Assembly: GCA_041650615.1 (NCBI GenBank)
Contig: JBAZKU010000001.1
Coordinates: 91,763 to 155,762 of the forward strand
From: Minisyncoccota bacterium
GTDB lineage: Bacteria > Patescibacteriota > Minisyncoccia > Phycocordibacterales > UBA9973
Length of the DNA: 64,000 bases
Reading direction: 5' to 3'
Shown: in pieces, positions 30,457 to 40,248 of the stretch
Layout: every line of letters starts with the position of its first letter
Position numbering within the stretch: the first letter of the stretch is position 1
Notes under the pieces: generated by a model
Databases searched by the model: none
The model's input: the letters and a program-made list of their open reading frames with translations, nothing else
What the model was told of the DNA's origin: nothing
Position numbers and translations under genes: made by a program

Positions 30457-30804
30457 ATGGGAAAAAATTTAGCTACAATAACAACATTATTAATAATAGT
30501 TATTATTGGAATTATTTATCTTTTACCTAAAAAGGAGGCAATTGCTCCGGTTATATTTGATACCACTCCTTACACAGATTTATCCGAAGTAGAAAATGTG
30601 GAAGATTATCTTAGAAAAAATATTGAAACGCTTTCACCGGTCAAAGCTGTTTTGGGCGGGACTTGGTATATTATTTCTATGAGGGTTGATCCGGAAAAAA
30701 ATTCCGGCACGATAGTGTATGAAGACGGGCATATTCAGGAAAAAAGAAATTTTTTGTATACTGTAAACGACAAAAGGGAAGTTCTTAATTTGATTATTAA
30801 TTAA
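30457..30804 (+). CDS. Hypothetical membrane-anchored protein
   Basis: N-terminal TM; AVLGGTWY and YEDGH motifs. Confidence 0.75.
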   Translation: MGKNLATITTLLIIVIIGIIYLLPKKEAIAPVIFDTTPYTDLSEVENVEDYLRKNIETLSPVKAVLGGTWYIISMRVDPEKNSGTIVYEDGHIQEKRNFLYTVNDKREVLNLIIN

Positions 30805-30814
30805 ATAATTTTTT

Positions 30815-30928
30815 ATGAATCCCGTTAGAAATTTACAAAACGGGAAAGTATTATAAAAATAATAAAAATCAACTATCTTATATATAAAAAAATATGTAAA
30901 AATAGTATGATTTCTAAACGGGATGAAT
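30815..30928 (+). mobile_element. Family A start-codon hairpin element at tspO
   Basis: ATGAAT-cccgttagaaat...atttctaaacggg-ATGAAT. Confidence 0.8.
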
Positions 30929-31321
30929 ACATCTTACACTTGGTATCAGCAACTTATTAAACCATCTTGGGCTCCACCTTCTTGGCTTTTTGGTCCGGTG
31001 TGGAGTGTGCTGTATGTGCTCATTTTTGTTTCTTTTGGAACGGTATTTTATAAAGTTATCAAAAAAGAATTGCCAATAATTATTGCATTACCTTTTGCCT
31101 TGAATCTTATTTTTAATTTTATTTTTACTCCGATTCAGTTTGGTTTACAAAATAATTATTTGGCGGCAATAGATATTTTACTTGTTCTCGGGACTCTGAT
31201 TTGGTCCATGGTTGCTATTTATCCCCGAATTAAGTGGGTTATGTTTATTAATATTCCATATTTACTTTGGGTTCTTTTCGCTACAGTATTGCAATTTACT
31301 ATTACATTTTTGAATAGATAA
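30923..31321 (+). CDS. tspO: TspO/MBR family protein
   Basis: WYQQLIKPSWAPPSWLFGPVWSVLY; PYLLWVLFA. Confidence 0.93.
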   Translation: MNTSYTWYQQLIKPSWAPPSWLFGPVWSVLYVLIFVSFGTVFYKVIKKELPIIIALPFALNLIFNFIFTPIQFGLQNNYLAAIDILLVLGTLIWSMVAIYPRIKWVMFINIPYLLWVLFATVLQFTITFLNR

Positions 31322-31349
31322 AATATCAAAATAGGTATATAATACAAAG

Positions 31350-32087
31350 GTGGAAACTGAAGCGGTAAAAGACTATTCATATCAAATTAAAACGGATGCC
31401 TTTGAAGGGCCATTTCATTTATTGCTTTCCTTGATAGAAGAAAGGAAGTTTTTTATTAATGATTTGTCTTTGGCGCAGGTGACGGAAGACTATCTGAGTT
31501 ATGTAAATAAATTGGAAAAACAAGATCCTTCCGAAATTTCCAGTTTTATTGTAGTGGCCGCTACCCTTATTTTAATAAAATCAAAATCACTTTTGCCTAA
31601 TTTGAATCTCACTTCCGAAGAAGAAGGGGATATCCATAATCTGGAAGAGAGATTAAAATTATACGAACTTTATACCAAACTCGGAGGCAATATTAAAAGT
31701 ATGTTCGGCAAAAAAATAATTTTTGCGCCACTGGAAAGAAAAAATGATTTTCTGGTATTTTTACCGGATGACAGGATCACCAAAGAAAGTATGATGACTT
31801 TTGCCCGTGATGCGTTAGGCAGAATGCCTAAAAAGGTTTTCTTGCCGGAAGTAGAAGTGAAAAAAGTGGTAAGTATTGAGGAAATGATTTCAAGATTAAC
31901 CGAGAGGATTGAAAAAACCTTGGAGATGAATTTCAAAGATTTTGCGGGAGTGGCTAAAACAAAAGAAGAGAAAGTGGTTGTAATTATCGGTTTTCTTGCT
32001 ATGCTGGAATTAGTCAGGCAGGGAATATTACATGTAATACAAGAAAGTAATTTTGAAGATATTATTATTAAGAAAAATAACGAATAA
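31350..32087 (+). CDS. scpA: Segregation and condensation protein A
   Basis: FEGPFHLLL, IKSKSLLP, FLAMLELVRQG. Confidence 0.93.
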   Translation: METEAVKDYSYQIKTDAFEGPFHLLLSLIEERKFFINDLSLAQVTEDYLSYVNKLEKQDPSEISSFIVVAATLILIKSKSLLPNLNLTSEEEGDIHNLEERLKLYELYTKLGGNIKSMFGKKIIFAPLERKNDFLVFLPDDRITKESMMTFARDALGRMPKKVFLPEVEVKKVVSIEEMISRLTERIEKTLEMNFKDFAGVAKTKEEKVVVIIGFLAMLELVRQGILHVIQESNFEDIIIKKNNE

Positions 32088-32095
32088 AAATAATA

Positions 32096-32194
32096 TAAAT
32101 TACGAAAATTCAAAAAATTTTTGAGCCTTCGCCCTCGGAGTCCGTGAGGGCAGGGAACCCACGACTCTTTAAATTTTTTAATTTTCATAATTTA
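32096..32194 (+). mobile_element. Family D hairpin element between scpA and scpB
   Basis: 45-bp core 32123-32167 flanked by taaattacgaaaattc.../...aattttcataattta arms. Confidence 0.8.
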
Positions 32195-32203
32195 AAAACA
32201 GCC

Positions 32204-32815
32204 ATGGAATTACAGCAAAAAATCGAAGCAATACTTTTCTTTAAAGGAGAACCGATGTCTAGGAAAAAACTGGCGGAATTTTTAGGTGTGGGGCAGATAG
32301 AAGTGAATGAAGCCCTAGAAAAATTAAAAGAAAATTTAAAGGATAGGGGAATAGTACTACAAGAAAAAGAGAATCCCGCCTCGACTCGAGGAGACTCGTC
32401 GACGCGAGGCGGGGAAATCACCTTAGGCACAGCGCCGGAACTTTCCGGCCTTATAGAGAAATTGCAAAAGGAAGAATTAAATAAAGAACTTTCCAAGGCC
32501 AGTTTAGAAACATTATCTATTATTCTTTATAAAAACGGAGTAAATCGGTCTTTAATTGACTATATCCGGGGAGTAAATTCCAGTTTTACCTTGCGAGCGC
32601 TTTCTGTTAGGGGACTGATAGAAAAAAGTTTGGATCCGGAAGATAGCAGGCGTTATATTTATAAGCCCACCTTTGAACTGCTTTCTTTTATGGGAGTAAA
32701 ATCTGTGCAAGAATTGCCGGATTATGAATTGGTGAATAATTCAATTGAATCTTCCGCTCAAAACTTAGCCGAGGAGTTACAAGCTGAAGAATCGCAAAAT
32801 GACGCAAACCTTTAA
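32204..32815 (+). CDS. scpB: Segregation and condensation protein B
   Basis: IEAILF, LSKASLETLSII, IRGVNS; start moved to ATG 32204. Confidence 0.93.
   Translation: MELQQKIEAILFFKGEPMSRKKLAEFLGVGQIEVNEALEKLKENLKDRGIVLQEKENPASTRGDSSTRGGEITLGTAPELSGLIEKLQKEELNKELSKASLETLSIILYKNGVNRSLIDYIRGVNSSFTLRALSVRGLIEKSLDPEDSRRYIYKPTFELLSFMGVKSVQELPDYELVNNSIESSAQNLAEELQAEESQNDANL
32375..32413 (+). mobile_element. 39-bp in-frame palindromic insert in scpB
   Basis: Encodes PASTRGDSSTRGG, the same peptide as in RecR. Confidence 0.85.
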
Positions 32816-33725
32816 AGAACATCTTTATTTATTTTTTATTTTAATGATTATTGCCTTGGAGGCAATTTTGTTTTCTGTTGGAAACGATAAAATAAATATT
32901 ACTTCTATAAATGAAGAAAACAAAATAATGAAAGTACAAAATATATTGGCGGATATTCCTATACAAGCAAAAGCCATATCCGTTTATGATCAAACCCTGA
33001 ATAGAAAAATTTATGGAAAAAATGATGAAATAAGCTTGCCCATTGCTTCACTTGCTAAAATTATGACCATTATTACTGCCTTAAATGGTCGTAGTATGGA
33101 TGAAATAATATCAATATCTTCAAATGCACTCAAACAAGATACCGATTATGGATTTTTTGTTCATGAGAAATTTAAAATTAAAGATCTGGCTAAATTTACT
33201 CTAATAGGTTCAGCCAATGATGGCGCCTACGCTTTGGCTGAAAAAGATGATGCTTTTTTAGAAAAAATGAATAATAAAGCACGAAAAATCGGTATGGAAA
33301 ATACCTTCTTTTTAAATCCCACAGGCTTGGATATAGATGAAAATAAAGCGGGCCCGCCTCGCGTCGGCGAGCCTTTGCGAGTCGAGGCGGGCGCTTATGC
33401 CTCTGCGCAAGATGTGAATATTATGGCTATGTATGCATTAAAAGGTTATCCAGAAATTTTTAGCGCAAGTGTAATGCCGGGAATAAATATAAAATCTGAA
33501 TCCGGTTTTGAACATGATATAAAAAACACCAATTTAATTTTAGATAAAATTCCCAACATTCTATTTTCCAAAACGGGACTTACTCCGCTAGCTGGAGGTA
33601 ATTTAACCCTAATATATAAGAATAAAAATGAACATATTATCGCTGTCACCGTTCTTGGGTCAACCATAGATGGCAGATTTACTGATATGGAAAAGATTAT
33701 AAATACATTATCCGATATGTTATAA
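32799..33725 (+). CDS. D-alanyl-D-alanine carboxypeptidase (S11)
   Basis: ASLAK (SxxK), SAN, KTG motifs; NPTGLD. Confidence 0.9.
   Translation: MTQTFKEHLYLFFILMIIALEAILFSVGNDKINITSINEENKIMKVQNILADIPIQAKAISVYDQTLNRKIYGKNDEISLPIASLAKIMTIITALNGRSMDEIISISSNALKQDTDYGFFVHEKFKIKDLAKFTLIGSANDGAYALAEKDDAFLEKMNNKARKIGMENTFFLNPTGLDIDENKAGPPRVGEPLRVEAGAYASAQDVNIMAMYALKGYPEIFSASVMPGINIKSESGFEHDIKNTNLILDKIPNILFSKTGLTPLAGGNLTLIYKNKNEHIIAVTVLGSTIDGRFTDMEKIINTLSDML
33353..33391 (+). mobile_element. 39-bp in-frame palindromic insert, opposite orientation
   Basis: cccgcctcgcgtcggcgagcctttgcgagtcgaggcggg; encodes PPRVGEPLRVEAG. Confidence 0.8.
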
Positions 33726-33732
33726 TTCATCT

Positions 33733-34788
33733 ATGCTTATGAATTTAGTTAAAATATTTTTGCCCATGATTGTAGCCTTATTGATAGGGCTTTTTATTAC
33801 GCCTTTTGCCACTCATTTTTTCTATAAATACAAAATGTGGAAAAAGTATTCCCGAAACGGAGTTGTGGCTAGCTCGGATTTTCATAGAATTCATAATGAA
33901 AACGAAGAATTGAAAACCCCCAGAGTGGGTGGGATAATAATTTGGGTTTCAATACTTTTTTCCACTTTGATTTTTTATTTAATCTCAATTTTATTTCCAT
34001 CAGAAATTTCAGAAAAAATAAATTTTTTGAGCAAAAATCAAACCTTAATACCTCTATTTGTTTTGCTTTTAGGGTCAATTATAGGACTTTGGGAAGACTT
34101 AGTGCAGATTTATGGCAAGGGAAAAACCGCTCATGATGACGCATCTTGGCGCAAGTGGAAAATATTATTGGTAGTTTGTATTTCTTTTTTAATCGGACTT
34201 TGGTTTTATTACAAACTTGGAATGGTCGGAATTCATATCCCATTTGGAGGAGAACTATATCTTGGTATTTTAATTATTCCATTTTTTATAATAGTTGCTT
34301 TGGCGACTTTTTCCGGCGGAGTAATAGATGGATTGGATGGGCTTTCCGGAGGAGTTTTTGCTTCAATTTTTTCCGCCTATTCTTTAATAGCTTTTGTTAA
34401 TAATCAAATAAATATTGCCGCTTTCTGCGCCGTTGCCACCGGGGCCATATTGGCATTTCTATGGTTTAATATTCCACCAGCCAGGTTTTATATGGCGGAG
34501 ACGGGTATTATGGGGCTTACCATTACTTTAGCCACCATAGCCTTTTTAACTGATTCCGTATTAATTCTTCCCGTTGTGGCGATGCCTCTCGTTATAAGTT
34601 CCGGTTCTGTCATTTTACAAATGCTTTCAAAGAAATTCAGGGGCGGAAAAAAAATATTTCGACTTGCTCCCATTCACCATCATTTTGAAGCGCTGGGCTG
34701 GCCGTCTTATAAAGTAACTATGCGTTTTTGGGTTTTATCTATGGCTTTTGCCGTGATAGGTATAATTTTAGCGATTATTAGTCGGTAA
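33733..34788 (+). CDS. mraY: Phospho-N-acetylmuramoyl-pentapeptide transferase
   Basis: TPRVGG, DGLDGL, FNIPPARFYM, APIHHHFE. Confidence 0.95.
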   Translation: MLMNLVKIFLPMIVALLIGLFITPFATHFFYKYKMWKKYSRNGVVASSDFHRIHNENEELKTPRVGGIIIWVSILFSTLIFYLISILFPSEISEKINFLSKNQTLIPLFVLLLGSIIGLWEDLVQIYGKGKTAHDDASWRKWKILLVVCISFLIGLWFYYKLGMVGIHIPFGGELYLGILIIPFFIIVALATFSGGVIDGLDGLSGGVFASIFSAYSLIAFVNNQINIAAFCAVATGAILAFLWFNIPPARFYMAETGIMGLTITLATIAFLTDSVLILPVVAMPLVISSGSVILQMLSKKFRGGKKIFRLAPIHHHFEALGWPSYKVTMRFWVLSMAFAVIGIILAIISR

Positions 34789-34791
34789 AGG

Positions 34792-34879
34792 ATGAATCCC
34801 GTTAGAAGCCGCGGTCGCAGTTGTAACGGGAGGTAGAACATTATTATTTAAGACCGCGACCTGCTTCTAACGGGATGAA
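34792..34879 (+). mobile_element. Family A start-codon hairpin element at ftsW
   Basis: ATGAA-tcccgttagaagc-cgcggtc...gaccgcg-acct-gcttctaacggg-ATGAA. Confidence 0.85.
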
Positions 34880-35981
34880 AGAAAAAAAAATAGACAGATT
34901 TTTTTTAATAATCACTTTTGTTTTAATCTTTTTGGGCTTAGCTATGTTTATTTCCGCCTCTTTGGGGATTTTAACCAAAAACTCAAGCACTTTTTATTCG
35001 GTGCTTTTTAGTCAGTTGGTTCTAGGTTTTGGTTGCGGTTTTATTGGTATGTATTTTGCTTTTAAAATAAATTATAAATTCTGGCGCAATTATTCTTTTT
35101 ATATTTTCTTGGGGTCTATTCTTCTTACCGCAGCCGTTTTCATTCCTTCCTTGGGTTGGGCTCACCTGGGAGCGGAAAGATGGATTCAGTTGGGGTCGTT
35201 CCGATTTCAACCGGTGGAATTTTTAAAATTCGGATTTGTGATTTATTTTGCTGCTTGGCTTTCTTGGGTAAAAAACAAAGTGCAAGATTTTAGATTCGGT
35301 ATTCTTCCTTTGGTTGTTTTGCTTGCAATCATTGCTGTTATTTTATTTCATCAACCGGACACTAAAAGTTTTATTTTAATTACCGTAACCGGAATATGTA
35401 TGCTTTTTATTTCCGGCGTATCTATGAGGTGGATTGCCTTACTGGGAATAGGATCTATCATAGTTCTTGGGTCTCTAGTATATTTCACCCCATATCTTCA
35501 GGAAAGAATAAAGACTTTTATTGACCCTTCTCAAGACCCCCAAGGATCTTCTTATCAGATACAACAATCGTTGATTGCTATAGGTTCGGGCGGAATTTTT
35601 GGCAGGGGATATGGTCAAAGCATTCAAAAATTCAGTTATCTGCCGGAACCGCAAGGGGATTCTATTTTTGCCGTAGTGGGAGAAGAATTGGGTTTTGCAG
35701 GAGGGGTGGTAATAATAATACTTTATTTGCTTTTTGTCTTGCGGGGACTTCGTATTGCTAATAATTCTCCCGATTTATTCAGTAGACTTTTAGTTTCCGG
35801 AATTGTTATACTGATAATGGCGCAGTCGTTTATGAATATTGCTTCTGCCACCGGAGTTTTTCCATTAACAGGAGTGCCATTGGTTTTTATGAGTCATGGA
35901 GGCACATCGCTGATGGTAGACCTTATAGCCGTAGGTATAATATTTCAAATATCAAAATTACAGCAAAAGCAGAAAGAATGA
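34875..35981 (+). CDS. ftsW: SEDS peptidoglycan glycosyltransferase FtsW
   Basis: RWI, FQPVEFLK, QPD, LPEPQGDSIF, GVPLVFMSHGGTS; lies between mraY and murG. Confidence 0.92.
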   Translation: MKEKKIDRFFLIITFVLIFLGLAMFISASLGILTKNSSTFYSVLFSQLVLGFGCGFIGMYFAFKINYKFWRNYSFYIFLGSILLTAAVFIPSLGWAHLGAERWIQLGSFRFQPVEFLKFGFVIYFAAWLSWVKNKVQDFRFGILPLVVLLAIIAVILFHQPDTKSFILITVTGICMLFISGVSMRWIALLGIGSIIVLGSLVYFTPYLQERIKTFIDPSQDPQGSSYQIQQSLIAIGSGGIFGRGYGQSIQKFSYLPEPQGDSIFAVVGEELGFAGGVVIIILYLLFVLRGLRIANNSPDLFSRLLVSGIVILIMAQSFMNIASATGVFPLTGVPLVFMSHGGTSLMVDLIAVGIIFQISKLQQKQKE

Positions 35982-36110
35982 ATCCCGTTAGAAGCCGCGG
36001 TCGCGGTTTAAAATATATAAAAAAATATGATAATACAAAAAATAAAATTTAAAAACATAATCAAGCAAAGTTACGGTTTTTTGACCGCGACCTGCTTCTA
36101 ACGGGATGAA
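35978..36110 (+). mobile_element. Family A start-codon hairpin element at murG
   Basis: ATGAA-tcccgttagaagccgcggtc...gaccgcgacctgcttctaacggg-ATGAA; first ATG overlaps the ftsW TGA. Confidence 0.85.
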
Positions 36111-37236
36111 AATAGTTTTTACGGGAGGAGGAACAGGCGGACATTTTTATCCAATTATCGCTGTTGCTCAAAAAGTCAATCAAATAATAGACAAAGAGAA
36201 AATAATAGGAGTTAAACTTTATTATGTTTCTGATAATCCTTACGACAAGGAAATGCTTTTAGAGAACGGGCTTTTATATGAAGAGGTGAAAACTGGAAAA
36301 TTGCGCACCTATTTTTCTTTAAAAAATTTCTTTGATATTTTTAAAATGTTTTTTGGCGCAATAAATGCCATCTACAAAATATTTTCAATTTATCCGGATG
36401 TTGTTTTTGGCAAAGGAGGATATGCTTCATTTCCGACTATTTTAGCTGCCAGAATTTTACACATTCCGGTCTTAATTCACGAATCGGATTCCGCCCCCGG
36501 ACGAGTAAACAGATGGGCCGGGCATTTTGCGAAAAAAGTAGCTGTTTCTTATAATGAGGCAGCGGATTATTTTCCTAAAAATAAAGTGGCTTGGACCGGA
36601 CATCCGATAATAACCGAAATAGAACATCCTGCTCCGCGATCCGAAGCGCTTCAATATTTTAAATTAGAGGCTAATTTGCCCGTCATTCTAATCTTGGGAG
36701 GCTCACAGGGCGCGGAACTTATAAATAATACGATACTTGATGCTTTGCCGAGGCTGATAAAAAATTTTCAAATTATTCATCAAACAGGGGTTAATAATTT
36801 TAAGAGTGTTGTTGAACGAGCGAAAGTAGTGTTAGCCTCCAATCCGGAAAAAGCAAGATATTTACCCTTTAATTTTTTAAGTTCTCTGGCTATGAAAATG
36901 GCTGGCGGAGTGGCAACGATCATTGTTTCCAGAGCAGGGTCAACCTTATTTGAAATAGCTTCTTGGGGTGTGCCGTCAATTATTATTCCGATTACAACAT
37001 CCAACGGTGACCATCAAAGAAAAAATGCTTTCAGTTATGCTCATATGGGAGCTTGCAATGTTATTGAAGAAATGAATATGACCGCTAATATTTTAAGTTC
37101 GGAAATTGAAAGGATAACGGACAATAAAGCAATTTTAGGAAAAATGGCGCGTGATGCAAAAGCTTTTAGTAAACCCGATGCCGCTTATAAGATAGCTCGT
37201 GAATTGATGGATATAGCGCTTGCGCATGAAGAGTAA
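36106..37236 (+). CDS. murG: MurG glycosyltransferase
   Basis: GGGTGGH, KGGYAS, GGSQGA, SRAG, HQRKNA. Confidence 0.97.
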   Translation: MKIVFTGGGTGGHFYPIIAVAQKVNQIIDKEKIIGVKLYYVSDNPYDKEMLLENGLLYEEVKTGKLRTYFSLKNFFDIFKMFFGAINAIYKIFSIYPDVVFGKGGYASFPTILAARILHIPVLIHESDSAPGRVNRWAGHFAKKVAVSYNEAADYFPKNKVAWTGHPIITEIEHPAPRSEALQYFKLEANLPVILILGGSQGAELINNTILDALPRLIKNFQIIHQTGVNNFKSVVERAKVVLASNPEKARYLPFNFLSSLAMKMAGGVATIIVSRAGSTLFEIASWGVPSIIIPITTSNGDHQRKNAFSYAHMGACNVIEEMNMTANILSSEIERITDNKAILGKMARDAKAFSKPDAAYKIARELMDIALAHEE

Positions 37237-37278
37237 AAAGATTTTCTTATTTTTGATAAAAAATGCTAAAATAAATAG

Positions 37279-38694
37279 ATGGAAAAGAAAGTTGTTACAA
37301 GATTTGCGCCCAGTCCGACGGGTTTTATGCATGTTGGAGGCATTCGCACTGCTTTATACGCATATTTATGGGCGAAGAAAAATAAAGGCACTTTTATATT
37401 AAGAATTGAAGATACGGATAAGGAAAGGGAAGTGAAGGGTTCAATAGACCATATTATTGAATCATTAAAATGGTTAGGGATTAATTGGGACGAAGGACCA
37501 AATATTGGAGGCCCACATAGTCCTTATTTACAATCAGAAAGGCTGGATTTATATAAAAAATACGCGAAAATTCTTATTGATAAAGGATTAGCATACCCTG
37601 ATCCATACACCGAAGAAGAAGTAGGGATTTTCCGCGATACGGCAGAATTAGCAAAAAAGCCGTTTTTATATAGGGAACACAGACCCGAGAAATTTGAAGA
37701 ATGGGATGGAACAAAACCGCTTCGTTTTAAAGTGTCTGAAATAAAAAGTTATAAATGGAACGATCTTGTTTATGGCGATTTATCTGCCGGACCTGAAGCG
37801 TTAGATGATTTTATTTTAATAAAAAGCGATGGTTATCCGACATATAATTTTGCGCATATTATAGACGATATTGAAATGGGTGTTACTTATGTCATGCGCG
37901 GTCAAGAATTTATCTCTTCCACTCCTAAATTTTTATCTATCTATGAAGCTTTAGGTATAAAACCGCCGCTTTATGCCACCTTGCCTCCAATAATGGCGGA
38001 TGGCGGAAAGAAAAAATTAGGCAAAAGAGATGGAGCAAAGGATATTTTAGAATATAGAAATGAAGGTTATTTGCCGGAAGCGATTATCAATTTCTTGGCT
38101 CTTTTAGGCTGGAACCCTGGCGATGACAGAGAAATTTTCACAATGAATGAGCTTATTGAGGTTTTTGATATTTCTCGTGTTGGACATTCTGGAGCGCAGA
38201 TGAATTTGGAGAAACTTGATTGGATAAATAAAGAGCACATCAAAAAACTTTCGACTGAAGAATTAAAAAAAGAAATTTTTAAATATTTGCCGGAAGAATT
38301 AAAAATAGAAAAAATTATTCCAGTAATATCGGAGAGAATCTCCAAATGGAGCGATATAAAAGATATGGTGGGAAGGGGAGACCTGGATTTCTTTTTTAAA
38401 CAGCCCAAATACGAAAAGGGGAAATTAATTTATAAAAACACAGCGGCTGAAAAAATCTCTCAGAATCTAACTGAAGCGATAAATGAATTGAACAAACTGG
38501 AAGAAAAAGATTTTAATCAAGAAAATATAAAAAATGTTTTGATGGAAATAGCTAATAAACTGGAAAGCAGGGGAGAATTATTGCATCCTGTCCGATACGC
38601 TTTATCGGGGCTTGATAAGTCTCCGGATCCGTTTATTATTGCCGAAATTTTAGGAAAAAATGAAACTTTGTCACGGCTACAGAAAACTATATAA
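37279..38694 (+). CDS. gltX: Glutamyl-tRNA synthetase
   Basis: RFAPSPTG, HVGG, RIEDTD, KLGKR. Confidence 0.97.
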   Translation: MEKKVVTRFAPSPTGFMHVGGIRTALYAYLWAKKNKGTFILRIEDTDKEREVKGSIDHIIESLKWLGINWDEGPNIGGPHSPYLQSERLDLYKKYAKILIDKGLAYPDPYTEEEVGIFRDTAELAKKPFLYREHRPEKFEEWDGTKPLRFKVSEIKSYKWNDLVYGDLSAGPEALDDFILIKSDGYPTYNFAHIIDDIEMGVTYVMRGQEFISSTPKFLSIYEALGIKPPLYATLPPIMADGGKKKLGKRDGAKDILEYRNEGYLPEAIINFLALLGWNPGDDREIFTMNELIEVFDISRVGHSGAQMNLEKLDWINKEHIKKLSTEELKKEIFKYLPEELKIEKIIPVISERISKWSDIKDMVGRGDLDFFFKQPKYEKGKLIYKNTAAEKISQNLTEAINELNKLEEKDFNQENIKNVLMEIANKLESRGELLHPVRYALSGLDKSPDPFIIAEILGKNETLSRLQKTI

Positions 38695-39970
38695 GATAAC
38701 GTTTTTGTTTTTTTTAGGAGTTTTAATAATTATTCCTTTTGTTTTTTCTTATGCGCAGACAGTTCAGGAACTGAATAATAAAATAAATCAAAGAAATGCC
38801 GATATAGATAAATTAGAACAGGAAATAGCTCAGTATCAGACAGAACTTGATAGCTTAGGACAGCAGAAAGATTCTCTAAATACATCTTTAAAACAGCTTG
38901 ATTTAACCAGGAAAAAATTGGTAGCTAATATCTCCGTCACCCAAAATAAAATAGATAAAACGAATCTTAAAATACAAGAATTGAGTTTGCAAATAAACGA
39001 TAGGCAGGGTTCTATAACAAATAATACAGATGCCTTATCTCTAAGTATCAAAAACATGAATGAGCTTGAACAAAGCGATATATTAACAATGATATTGTCA
39101 GAAAATGGTTTTAGCTTGATTTGGAATGATATAGACAATATGGCTACCATAAATGATACGATTAGAGAAACAACTATTAAAGTAAGGCAAGCAAAAAGCA
39201 GTTTAGAAGATACTAAAGAAGAAACAACAGTCGCAAAGAATGAACTTGTCGCGCTTAAGGGGAGTCTTGCCGACCAGAAAAAGATTGTAGACCAAAATAC
39301 GGCAGAAAAAAAGGAACTTCTAGCACAAACAAAAAATAACGAATCTAATTATCAAAAATTACTAAAAGACAGATTAGCAAAAAAAGATGCATTTGAGAAA
39401 GAATTAAATGATTATGAATCCCAATTAAAATATATTCTTAATCCTTCTCTGCTTCCTAAGGGGGGAGTATTAAGTTGGCCGCTTGATTATGTATATATAA
39501 CTCAATTATTTGGTGTAACTAAGGATTCTAAACGTCTTTATGCTTCTGGTTCTCACAATGGTGTGGATTTTAGAGCTTCTGTGGGTACTCCTGTTAAAGC
39601 AATGGCTGATGGAATAGTTCTTGGAATCGGGGATACGGATATAACTTGCCCAGGCGCTTCTTTTGGAAAATTTGTTTTTATACAATACAACAATGGCCTT
39701 TCAAGCACTTATGGTCATCTTTCTTTAATTAAGGTTTCTAAGGGACAAAAGGTTTCAAGAGGAGAGATAGTAGGTTATTCCGGCAATACCGGTTACTCCA
39801 CCGGTCCACATCTACATGTATCAGTCTATGCTTCGGACGCGGTTAAAATGGAATCCAGGCCGAGTCAAGCCTGTGTAGGACGCACTTATACTATGCCTAT
39901 CGCCCCGATAGATGGTTATCTTGACCCGATGTATTATTTGCCCCCGACAACGGCAGATATGTTTAAATAG
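38660..39970 (+). CDS. Coiled-coil M23 family peptidase
   Basis: Signal/TM, long coiled coil, HNGVD, YGHL, STGPHLH. Confidence 0.92.
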   Translation: MKLCHGYRKLYKITFLFFLGVLIIIPFVFSYAQTVQELNNKINQRNADIDKLEQEIAQYQTELDSLGQQKDSLNTSLKQLDLTRKKLVANISVTQNKIDKTNLKIQELSLQINDRQGSITNNTDALSLSIKNMNELEQSDILTMILSENGFSLIWNDIDNMATINDTIRETTIKVRQAKSSLEDTKEETTVAKNELVALKGSLADQKKIVDQNTAEKKELLAQTKNNESNYQKLLKDRLAKKDAFEKELNDYESQLKYILNPSLLPKGGVLSWPLDYVYITQLFGVTKDSKRLYASGSHNGVDFRASVGTPVKAMADGIVLGIGDTDITCPGASFGKFVFIQYNNGLSSTYGHLSLIKVSKGQKVSRGEIVGYSGNTGYSTGPHLHVSVYASDAVKMESRPSQACVGRTYTMPIAPIDGYLDPMYYLPPTTADMFK

Positions 39971-40012
39971 CGTAGTGTTGTCTTGAATGAATATTTTATG
40001 GTAAAATGTGAG

Positions 40013-40086
40013 ATGAATCCCGTTAGAAATTCAACTGACGGGGAGTATAGTATAATTATTAATTAATATAAATTTCTAACGGGATG
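40013..40086 (+). mobile_element. Family A start-codon hairpin element
   Basis: ATGaatcccgttagaaatt...aatttctaacggg-ATG. Confidence 0.8.
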
Positions 40087-40230
40087 GATAATAATATAAA
40101 AAATAAACAAGGCGGGTTTTTGAAATTGATAATTCTAATTGTTGTCATTTTGTTTTTGTTAAGTTATTTTCATGTTTCGGTAAGCCAAGCAATAGATTGG
40201 GTCATAAATACAATAAAAAGTGTTTTTTAA
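40084..40230 (+). CDS. Putative 48-aa prepilin-like small membrane protein
   Basis: MDNNIKNKQGG/FLKLIILIVVILFLLSYF...VF*; similar to the N-terminus of the next gene. Confidence 0.6.
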   Translation: MDNNIKNKQGGFLKLIILIVVILFLLSYFHVSVSQAIDWVINTIKSVF

Positions 40231-40248
40231 CATTTATTTAACATTAAA

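Noticed and set aside
30815-30925. In-frame N-terminal extension of TspO from the duplicated ATG
   Set aside because: The spacing is 108 nt, but a TAA occurs after 13 codons (MNPVRNLQNGKVL*).
32144-32203. N-terminal extension of ScpB
   Set aside because: It starts inside the family D core; ATG 32204 matches the ScpB N-terminus.
34792-36110. Family A elements as intrinsic terminators or self-splicing introns
   Set aside because: There is no U tract, loops are long and they sit inside an essential operon; they are too short and lack group I/II motifs. Enzyme-mediated processing is not excluded.
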